In this document: piece after piece, positions 25,195 to 32,000 of the stretch
Layout: the number at the start of each line of letters is the position of its first letter
Position numbering within the stretch: the first letter of the stretch is position 1
Assembly (NCBI RefSeq): GCF_018336915.1
Contig: NZ_CP064923.1
Span: 3,810,001-3,842,000 of the forward strand
Direction of reading: 5' to 3'
Source of the DNA: Acaryochloris marina S15
GTDB lineage: Bacteria > Cyanobacteriota > Cyanobacteriia > Thermosynechococcales > Thermosynechococcaceae
Length of the DNA: 32,000 nt
Program-made: the position numbers and the translations under genes
The notes under the pieces: model-generated
Databases searched by the model: none
The model's input: the letters and a program-made list of their open reading frames with translations, nothing else
Told to the model about the DNA's origin: nothing

Positions 25195-26523
25195 ATGTCT
25201 GAGGGAAAAGAGTCTTCGTTGTTGGTTCATTTTCAGCCTGGAGAGCTGATTTTTACTGCCGGTGAAGAAGGGCACCATGCCTACATTATTGAGTCAGGCC
25301 AAGTCGATATTTTTGTAACAACAACGGGGAAAGACGTCTCCTTCAAGACTCTTGTCAAAGGAGATGTATTTGGTGAGATGGCTGTGATTGATGCTTCTCC
25401 CCGCTCAGCCTCTGCTCGGGCATTAACAGAGACCTGTTGTGTTGTTATTTCCAGTGAGCAAATCTCAGATCGGATTGAAGCTTCTGATCCTGTGGTCAAG
25501 CTGTTAGTCTCACGGTTATTGGATCATATTCGGTCGTTGAATACTGGAGTCTCCCAGGCTGCTATGCCTGGCTCAGACCTACCGGAGTCCTCGTTAACAT
25601 CATCGTCTCCGTTCTTTCCTCACCAACCTGTCTTGGAAAAAATGCGGTTGGAGTCGGAATTACTAGATGCGATCGCAACCAATGCCTTTGTCCCCCACTA
25701 TCAGCCTCTAGTTGATCTGGAGACGGAAGAGATCCTGGGATTTGAATTCTTAATTCGGTGGGAAAGCCCCACCCGAGGCTGGGTTTCTCCTGCCATGTTT
25801 ATCAATACAGCAGAAGAAACTTCATTGATTCGCCCCATTGGTCGTTGGGTTCTTGAAAACGCCTGCGCAGATCTCAATCGCCTTAATCAGGCCCTCACTA
25901 ACACTTTGGCAAACCCAGTGGAGAACAGACCACCGTTATTTATCAGCGTTAACGTCTCTGCCCGCCAGTTTCAAGCCCCACAATTTAATGAAGAATTGCT
26001 TGAGATCCTCCAGCGACATCAGATTCCCCATTCCCAGATTAAATTGGAGGTCACTGAGCGGGTCCTAATGGAGGGACCTTCAGCTATCAACATCATTCAA
26101 CAGTGCCGACAGCTTGGATTTCATCTAGCCCTCGATGACTTTGGCACAGGATTTTCGAGTCTCACTTATCTCGCTAAATTTGAGATAGATAGCCTCAAAA
26201 TAGACCAGTATTTTGTCCGTCAAATGTTAACGAATCGTCGAACCCTGGCTCTGATGAAGAATATTTTGGCCATGACTCGGGATTTGGAAATGCTTTCCGT
26301 TGCTGAAGGAGTGGAAACCCAGGAAGAGCTTGATATTCTGCGGCGGTTAGGCTGCCAAGTTGGGCAAGGATATTTGTTTGGCAAACCTCTCCCTTTTGAA
26401 TCAGCCAAAAACTTACTGTTAGATAACTATCGTTACTCCTCAAGGCCAACTGTCAAAGTTCTTCGGGAGTGCGAGTTCGAGAGCAATGTGCCGCTTCAGA
26501 CGGCCAGGTTCAAAACCAGGTAA
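25195..26523 (+). CDS. cyclic-nucleotide-binding domain / EAL-domain c-di-GMP phosphodiesterase
   Basis: The N-terminal cNMP barrel has GDVFGEMAVIDASPRSASARA. The EAL domain has YQPLVDL, EFLIRW (an EAL-motif variant that keeps the Glu), DDFGTGFSSLTYL, EGVETQEE and QGYLFGKP. The last ~7 codons fall inside the proposed IS inverted repeat. Confidence 0.9.
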   Translation: MSEGKESSLLVHFQPGELIFTAGEEGHHAYIIESGQVDIFVTTTGKDVSFKTLVKGDVFGEMAVIDASPRSASARALTETCCVVISSEQISDRIEASDPVVKLLVSRLLDHIRSLNTGVSQAAMPGSDLPESSLTSSSPFFPHQPVLEKMRLESELLDAIATNAFVPHYQPLVDLETEEILGFEFLIRWESPTRGWVSPAMFINTAEETSLIRPIGRWVLENACADLNRLNQALTNTLANPVENRPPLFISVNVSARQFQAPQFNEELLEILQRHQIPHSQIKLEVTERVLMEGPSAINIIQQCRQLGFHLALDDFGTGFSSLTYLAKFEIDSLKIDQYFVRQMLTNRRTLALMKNILAMTRDLEMLSVAEGVETQEELDILRRLGCQVGQGYLFGKPLPFESAKNLLLDNYRYSSRPTVKVLRECEFESNVPLQTARFKTR

Positions 26524-28167
26524 CAGTGTCATAGGCGATCAGGATAATCTGGAGGCTTGTCGTTTCCTCCTCTGACTGGATCACCGAGCATGATTTCAAC
26601 CCCTGCCATTGCAGCCACCCTTCCTCCGAAGATCCGCAAAGATATCGGCATCTAGGCTCTATCGAGATCCATGCCCATCGCCCGCATTGCCAGAAAGAAT
26701 CAAGTCAGTCGGAAGTTTGTGTATGAGCAGGAAGGTATCGCTGCACAAGCATTAGAGGACACCTTTCTCGACTCTAAAGGGGATAATGAGGTTCTGTTCC
26801 ATCTGCCAATCACCAAAACTTGGCTATTCCAGCTGATTCTGACCTTGGCGCTGATCTGCCACAGCTCCTATCGAGGTGTCGTTGAGCTACTGCGGGATCT
26901 GCTTGATTGGCTCATCAGTGTAGGAACAGTTCACAACCGTTTGCAAGTCGCAGCTGCAAAGGCAGAAGAGATCAACCAAGCTCAAGACCTGTCTACGATT
27001 AAGCAGGGTCTTCATGATGAGATCTTTCAAGGCTCGATGCCTGTATTGACAGGGGTAGATGCCTTTTCCACTTACTGCTACCTCCTCAAAGCCGCAGAGC
27101 ATCGAGATGAAGAGACTTGGGGATGGTACTTACTGGAGCTCCAAGCCCGAGGGTTCGACCCTGACAACACAATTGCTGATGGAGCAAAAGGCTTGAGGGC
27201 TGGGCAAAAAGCAGCCATGTCTGATACCCCATGCCATAGCGATGTCTTTCATATTCTCAAACAGTTTAAGGACTTTGTTCTGAGTTTGACACGCAAAGTT
27301 CAAGGGGTAACATCATCACGAGTGGACCAGGAGGAGGACATTATTAGAGCCCAACTTGCACAAGAACCCACTCGGTCGATGATAAGCAAGTGGGTTCACC
27401 TTAATCGTCGAGAGAAGAGGCTCTTCACCTTACTAAAAGATGTCAAAACCCTGTTTCAGTGGATGGTTCATGATGTCCTCGAACTAGCAGATCCAACCTT
27501 GTCAGTGCGTCAGGAGTTATTTGACTTCATCAAGGTAGAACTCCAACAGCGGGATGATGGTGAGTTCCCTATGATGCGCAAACTGTGGAAGGCATTGCAC
27601 AACCAACGTGACCAACTTCTGGCATTTTCAGGGGTGTTAGATCAAAAGCTGGCTGAGATTACTATTCGCTTGGATATGCCGCTAGCCAAGGTCAGAGAAG
27701 TCTGTCTGCTTCATCGAAAACAGACTACCTCCAATGCCTACTGGGAGAAGTGGAACCAATTACATCAGGGACTTTCAGGAAAATTCTACTACCTGATGGA
27801 AGCGGCCACTGAGGCACTTAAACAGACGTCTAGAGCTAGTTCGTTAGTGGAGAATCTCAACTCCCGGCTGCGCAATTACTTCTTTCTACGACGTACCCTT
27901 GGGAACTCCTATTTGGGACTGTTGCAGTACTTCTTGAATCACCGCTGTTTTATGCGAAGTGAGATTCCTGAACGCGAAGGTAAAAGTCCTAAAGAATTGC
28001 TGACGGGAGAACCTCATTCTCACTGGCTAGAGCTACTAGGATTCAAACGATTCCAACGGGCATAGTCTGAATCTGATTGGGAAGCAGTAGACCTCAAGTC
28101 ATCGATAATTGATGGCTTATTTTGCCGTGGAAGTGTAACCCAAAATCCACTGTTTTTGAACCAGGCC
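26502..28167 (+). mobile_element. insertion sequence (single DDE transposase gene, imperfect terminal inverted repeats), family not assigned
   Basis: The left end GGCCAGGTTCAAAACCAGG (26502-26520) matches the reverse complement of the right end (28149-28167), GGCCTGGTTCAAAAACAGT, at 16 of 19 positions. An ACAGTG block is shared after a 6-nt indel. The ends enclose the transposase ORF. I found no clear target-site duplication. Confidence 0.45.
26671..28065 (+). CDS. transposase (DDE type), N-terminally interrupted
   Basis: 464-aa ORF. Candidate acidic catalytic residues are in TGVDAFS, IADGAKGL and SLVENLNSRLR. The same frame is open from ATG 26590 (MISTPAIAATLPPKIRKDIGI) but is broken by TAG at 26653-26655, inside what reads as the N-terminal HTH (IARIARKNQVSRKFVY). 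Confidence 0.75.
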   Translation: MPIARIARKNQVSRKFVYEQEGIAAQALEDTFLDSKGDNEVLFHLPITKTWLFQLILTLALICHSSYRGVVELLRDLLDWLISVGTVHNRLQVAAAKAEEINQAQDLSTIKQGLHDEIFQGSMPVLTGVDAFSTYCYLLKAAEHRDEETWGWYLLELQARGFDPDNTIADGAKGLRAGQKAAMSDTPCHSDVFHILKQFKDFVLSLTRKVQGVTSSRVDQEEDIIRAQLAQEPTRSMISKWVHLNRREKRLFTLLKDVKTLFQWMVHDVLELADPTLSVRQELFDFIKVELQQRDDGEFPMMRKLWKALHNQRDQLLAFSGVLDQKLAEITIRLDMPLAKVREVCLLHRKQTTSNAYWEKWNQLHQGLSGKFYYLMEAATEALKQTSRASSLVENLNSRLRNYFFLRRTLGNSYLGLLQYFLNHRCFMRSEIPEREGKSPKELLTGEPHSHWLELLGFKRFQRA

Positions 28168-28349
28168 AACTTAAGGCACTAGTTGTGTAACAGGATCTAT
28201 AGTCTTTAGGCCTTATTGAATCGGCATTTGAGGCTTCTGCCTCCATTTTATCTGAAGTTTTGGCAGAAAAATGACTTTTGTCTTGTAGTTTTAGAAGACC
28301 AGTGCTCTGACAACTTTTACAAATGAATAATTGATAGGGGCTTTTTTTA

Positions 28350-29420
28350 TTAAAAATGGACAAGCATTGTTTTCTGAATGAAGGGCGATGTCATAGCTGA
28401 TAAAATTCCCCCATAATCCAGATTAAATCTAACTTCGCTACCAATCTTCAAATCGCAGTCCTTACTATCAAGGACAATATGATCGCTGCTAGAACCGAGT
28501 ATTTCAACATCGTTCTCAGCACTTAAGCTAGAGACCAAAACATCTTGCCTTCCTAATGCAATAATGGCTCGGTGCTGAATCCCTTGATCTATAAATGCAG
28601 GGATATTCCCAAAGGCATCCTGACAAATCGTACCAAAAGGCAAAGAGGGCTTTTCTTTTGCCTCAATCACTTCAGCGATTAGTTTAAAGGCATGGCGATA
28701 TAATCTCGGAATTCTTCTTCCATATACCGTTTCACAGCCTAAAAGGATCGATTCTCCCACACGGAGGTTATTGATTCTTCCAGTTCCCTGATTCGATTGA
28801 TACCATTCATAGTTTGCCGAGTTTCCGCCTGAAACAATGGTGAAGTTCATCTGAAATTCAGTTTCCATTGCAGTAGCTAATTCAGATAACTCATCCATAT
28901 TTTGTGCATCTGGCTTAATCCCTCCATAACAAGCCAAATTGCAGCCAATGCCAATAATATCAATATTAGGGAAGCCCAACACTTTGTGGATAAAAGGAGC
29001 AAGATCATCAGGAAGAATGCCCTCTCGAAGATCGCCTAATTCCACCATAATGATAATCTGATGAATCTTATTTTGCACTTTGGCATAGCGAGAAAGCGCT
29101 TTTATCGTCTCAAGCTCTGTATTCAGACTAATATCTACAGTTCTAATCACCAATTCTGCCTGACTCAAGGCTGTGCGAAGCAACACAAACTGAGCTGATA
29201 TCCCCGCATCCTTCATCCTTTGAATATTTTCAAGGCGTGAGTCGGCAATAAAGTTAATACCACCTTGAAGCATAGCTGCAGCGATCGCAGGTTCTCCGAG
29301 GGTCGCTTTAGTAACACCCATCAAAGAAATACCTTTCTGCCTGTACAACTCCGATAGGATCTGTGCATTATGCTGTATCTGCGAGAGGGAAATCTCTATC
29401 CTTGGCAAAAAAGCTTGCAT
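28350..29420 (-). CDS. PLP-dependent amino-acid racemase, alanine-racemase-fold (YhfX/ornithine-lysine racemase-like, COG3457-type)
   Basis: 356 aa. The N-terminal TIM-barrel pattern has the PLP lysine in LMGVTKATLGEP. It also has IIMVELGDLREG and a C-terminal beta domain. Confidence 0.75.
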   Translation of the reverse strand: MQAFLPRIEISLSQIQHNAQILSELYRQKGISLMGVTKATLGEPAIAAAMLQGGINFIADSRLENIQRMKDAGISAQFVLLRTALSQAELVIRTVDISLNTELETIKALSRYAKVQNKIHQIIIMVELGDLREGILPDDLAPFIHKVLGFPNIDIIGIGCNLACYGGIKPDAQNMDELSELATAMETEFQMNFTIVSGGNSANYEWYQSNQGTGRINNLRVGESILLGCETVYGRRIPRLYRHAFKLIAEVIEAKEKPSLPFGTICQDAFGNIPAFIDQGIQHRAIIALGRQDVLVSSLSAENDVEILGSSSDHIVLDSKDCDLKIGSEVRFNLDYGGILSAMTSPFIQKTMLVHF

Positions 29421-29445
29421 CTATCTCAATCCAGATATTTTGCAT

Positions 29446-30567
29446 CTACCCCATTGCCAATAGCAGTACTTTCTCTAACCCCTCCTGCTTAATTTTTTGA
29501 TTCAGTTGCGGAAAATGCTGACCCAATGCCTGAATCAGTTTTTGACACCCATCACTAAGGACATCGGTTGTTGGTACTTGAAAATAGTCTTCATACTCTG
29601 CGATCACCCTTTGGGTTTCTGTAGTAGACATGTTTTCATGGCTAACTGTGATGGCAAGCACCTGAGATTGGGAAATCGATTCAATCAGTTGAATTTCACT
29701 CTCCAGAGTAGGCATAGATAGATGAGGAAAATCACATCGAAATTTTCTGGCAGGTGGATGCTGGAGAATGACTCCATCGGGCATACTGCCTTTTAAAATA
29801 CCGAGAGAACTCATAAAAGCGGGATGACCGACTGCACTTTGACCTTCCACCAAAATGATATCGGGGGCTTCATTGTCAAACGTCTGCACCACAGCATTTT
29901 CTATTTCACCAATTACGAATTGGGACACCAGAGCATCCATGGATACTCCATATTTTGCTCCTTGCATTAAACCCGTCTGCCCTGTCGCGACCATGACAGA
30001 TTTTATCCCCAGCCTCTTTAAGGCTTGATTCAACTCCACTGCGGTAGTCATTTTGCCGCAAGCACAATCTGTACCGAGGACAGCAATGACAGGTACATTC
30101 ACTCTAGCTATTTGACCGCTAAAGATATGCAAATCCTTGAGCTGAGGTGGTTTTCTAATATCTTTAATCTGAATACCATGGTGATCAGCCATACGGGCAA
30201 ACTCTGGATCTTCAGAGAAAAATTGGTGCAAACCGTTAATGATATCCATGCCCTTGGACATCGCTTCAAGAATTAAGAACCTTTCCACCCTTGAGACACA
30301 GGCATCTAAAGGAGCTTTTCCATAGATGTAGCAATTTGGAACTTCTTGTAGCTGGTCTAAAGCCTCATCTAAGTTGGCAAAAATAGGGATGCCGTTTTTA
30401 TGATCTCCTAACTCTTCCCCAGCATCTCTTCCCGCTAAAGTACTATCAATAACGCCAACGATGGTATACGCCTCAGAGTGCCGAACTAACCCTGAAGCAG
30501 TTTTCCCGTCTACTAAACCAAACTGATTCTCGCAGTAAACTAAAGCCGTCTTTTTCGCAAATGGCAT
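29446..30567 (-). CDS. DUF1611-family protein (Rossmann-like N-domain plus P-loop-like C-domain; family of the reported D-glutamate N-acetyltransferase DgcN)
   Basis: 373 aa. The N-terminus AKKTALVYCENQFGLVDGKTASGLVRHSEAYTIVGVIDS and the Walker-A-like VLGTDCACGKMTTAVEL are as I recall for PF07755 proteins. The gene lies 25 nt upstream of the racemase on the same strand. Confidence 0.7.
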   Translation of the reverse strand: MPFAKKTALVYCENQFGLVDGKTASGLVRHSEAYTIVGVIDSTLAGRDAGEELGDHKNGIPIFANLDEALDQLQEVPNCYIYGKAPLDACVSRVERFLILEAMSKGMDIINGLHQFFSEDPEFARMADHHGIQIKDIRKPPQLKDLHIFSGQIARVNVPVIAVLGTDCACGKMTTAVELNQALKRLGIKSVMVATGQTGLMQGAKYGVSMDALVSQFVIGEIENAVVQTFDNEAPDIILVEGQSAVGHPAFMSSLGILKGSMPDGVILQHPPARKFRCDFPHLSMPTLESEIQLIESISQSQVLAITVSHENMSTTETQRVIAEYEDYFQVPTTDVLSDGCQKLIQALGQHFPQLNQKIKQEGLEKVLLLAMG

Positions 30568-30594
30568 GCAATTAAACCTTTACAATTTTCTCTT

Positions 30595-30641
30595 AAATAC
30601 TCAAGAGGCTTTTATAAGATTGCTAAGCCTCTTGAGTATTT
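30595..30641. other. 17-bp perfect stem-loop between the DUF1611 start codon and its upstream region
   Basis: AAATACTCAAGAGGCTT (30595-30611) pairs with AAGCCTCTTGAGTATTT (30625-30641) across a 13-nt loop. A T-rich tract (TTTATTTATTTTTT) follows on the + strand only. Confidence 0.5.
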
Positions 30642-30973
30642 AGAGTTTATTTATTTTTTCTCACAGGAAGAAACTATTCAGAAAGTACAGTTCCTGAAAT
30701 CTAGTGTGATCGTGTTTTTTAAAGATCTACGCAGTTAAAACTGCAGAGCTTAGTAAATTCTTTGGTGAATATAAGTAATGTATATATCGAAGCGAGAAGC
30801 TCAGGACCTAGCTGAGTTTTCTTTTAAACCTATACCTATAGAAACTGTAACATATATTACTTTTTAGAATTATTGAATCAAAGATCTTGGTATGCTTTAT
30901 TGCCTGAATACAGACTCGCTGATTCCTTACTGCCTACCTTCACCAGCTCAAGGGTGACCGGCTTGATCCTCCG

Positions 30974-31239
30974 TTTAACGGATTCTGGGGGATCTCTATT
31001 AAGAGCATCTCCAATAGGATGGAGTTCTTATTTCGTAAGCTTTTAAGCCATATTCTTGAAATGATGTTGATCAACTTCTTAAACCCTGATGTCAATAATA
31101 TTAGGTTCAAATTGACCCACTCAGTTTTCAGATGGGAGAATTTATTAAATTCCTGCAAGTCATGTGAAATATGGGATTAAAAGCTTTCTCAGGAACACTT
31201 TCTAGGTTTGGATTTTTAAAGACCCCAGAATCCGTTAAA
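30974..31239. repeat. 266-bp AT-rich segment bounded by 17-bp perfect inverted repeats (MITE-like)
   Basis: TTTAACGGATTCTGGGG (30974-30990) is the exact reverse complement of CCCCAGAATCCGTTAAA (31223-31239). Confidence 0.45.
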
Positions 31240-31547
31240 ACAAGCAATAACCAGTGTTTAGATATAATTTTCTATAAAAGCACTTTTACCACAAGAGATT
31301 TTAGCCTTAGAAGAAAATTAAAAAGAGGCTGAAACACCCCATATATGCTGATGCATAATATACTCCCTTTGTATAGTGTGTAAGTCCCATGTCTAGGGAT
31401 ATTCAGCGATACGCTAGCATGATCAGTATGATGAAAGTATCGGTTTCACATTTGTTTTCAAGATTGCCAGGTTTATTCCAACTCAATTTTTAAGCCAATA
31501 TACCGATATCCAAATCTCTACACTTTACTAATTTTGGATATAAATTT

Positions 31548-31820
31548 ATGTCGATTTACGTTGGTAACCTCTCATATGACGTTACAGAGCAAGACCTCAA
31601 TACCGCTTTTGCAGAATATGGAACTGTAAAAAGTGCAAAGCTCCCCACTGACCGTGAAACAGGTAAGATTCGGGGATTTGGTTTTGTTGAGATGAGTGAT
31701 GAAGCTGAGGAAGCCAAAGCTATTGAAGAACTAGACGGTGCTGAATGGATGGGGCGTACCCTGAAAGTAAATCAAGCAAAACCTCGTGAAGATAGAGGTG
31801 GTGGTGGAAATCGCTGGTAG
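31548..31820 (+). CDS. rbp: RRM-type RNA-binding protein with a short Gly-rich tail (cyanobacterial Rbp family)
   Basis: RNP2 is IYVGNLS and RNP1 is RGFGFVEM. The C-terminus is REDRGGGGNRW. Total length 90 aa. Confidence 0.93.
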   Translation: MSIYVGNLSYDVTEQDLNTAFAEYGTVKSAKLPTDRETGKIRGFGFVEMSDEAEEAKAIEELDGAEWMGRTLKVNQAKPREDRGGGGNRW

Positions 31821-32000
31821 AGGTAATTCTCACTAATGGAACCAGTTAGGAGGTGAGGTGTGATCATCTCAGCCTCCTTGATAGAATACTGCAGAATAAA
31901 GGCTACAAGATTTATGTATTTAGTAAATACATTTTGTCGGAAGTACTTATCTTTAGATGACTCCAAAGGTAGGTTGAAATCATCTCAGTCTACTACCCAT

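Noticed and set aside
26502-26520. tRNA-like GGTTCAAAA T-loop-looking strings (also near 2757)
   Set aside because: The flanking bases are not complementary (CCAGG...CCAGG), so no T-arm forms, and no acceptor or anticodon arms can be built. No tRNA is called in this window.
28094-28363. 89-aa minus-strand ORF downstream of the racemase
   Set aside because: It has a TTG start and a low-complexity sequence, and its 3' third runs into the proposed right inverted repeat of the IS. At best it is a fragment of a disrupted gene.
30940-31158. 72-aa minus-strand ORF inside the MITE-like element
   Set aside because: It is AT-rich with Leu/Ile/Asn/Lys-biased composition, crosses one terminal repeat, and has no motif.
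1-32000. CRISPR arrays, rRNA genes, prophage or integrase signatures
   Set aside because: Reading the window, I found no regularly spaced direct repeats, no rRNA-like conserved blocks, and no integrase, recombinase or phage structural motifs in any listed ORF.

Overview
The window looks like a cyanobacterial chromosome segment. Evidence: psbO, an RRM-type rbp gene, a sodN/sodX nickel-SOD pair, and at least 11 copies of the HIP1 palindrome GCGATCGC. I support about 27 protein-coding genes and found no rRNA, tRNA or CRISPR array. Core genes are psbO, a group-3 sigma factor, fmt, a moeB/moeZ-type E1 with a JAMM protease, sodN-sodX and rbp. Signalling genes are a Cache-HAMP-GGDEF-EAL protein, a cNMP-binding/EAL protein and a NarL-type two-component pair. 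Several compact modules look accessory. (1) A tight minus-strand four-gene operon at 10472-14256 encodes a small phosphoglycosyl transferase, a PhyH-type Fe/2OG dioxygenase and two FemAB/CelD-like transferase paralogues. It faces the two-component system across a 950-bp AT-rich region and is my best candidate for an undescribed glycan or lipid-carrier tailoring system. (2) An AGAT/GATM-like amidinotransferase is translationally coupled to an HSL-family esterase. (3) Two diverged CPBP intramembrane proteases sit in tandem next to a two-HKD PLD enzyme. (4) An AT-rich PLP racemase plus DUF1611 operon abuts an IS element whose transposase has an in-frame TAG. Non-coding observations include two strong intrinsic terminators, a possible sRNA upstream of psbO, several long perfect hairpins and a 266-bp MITE-like segment bounded by 17-bp perfect inverted repeats. 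All functional calls rest on motifs read by eye from the translations. No database search was run.
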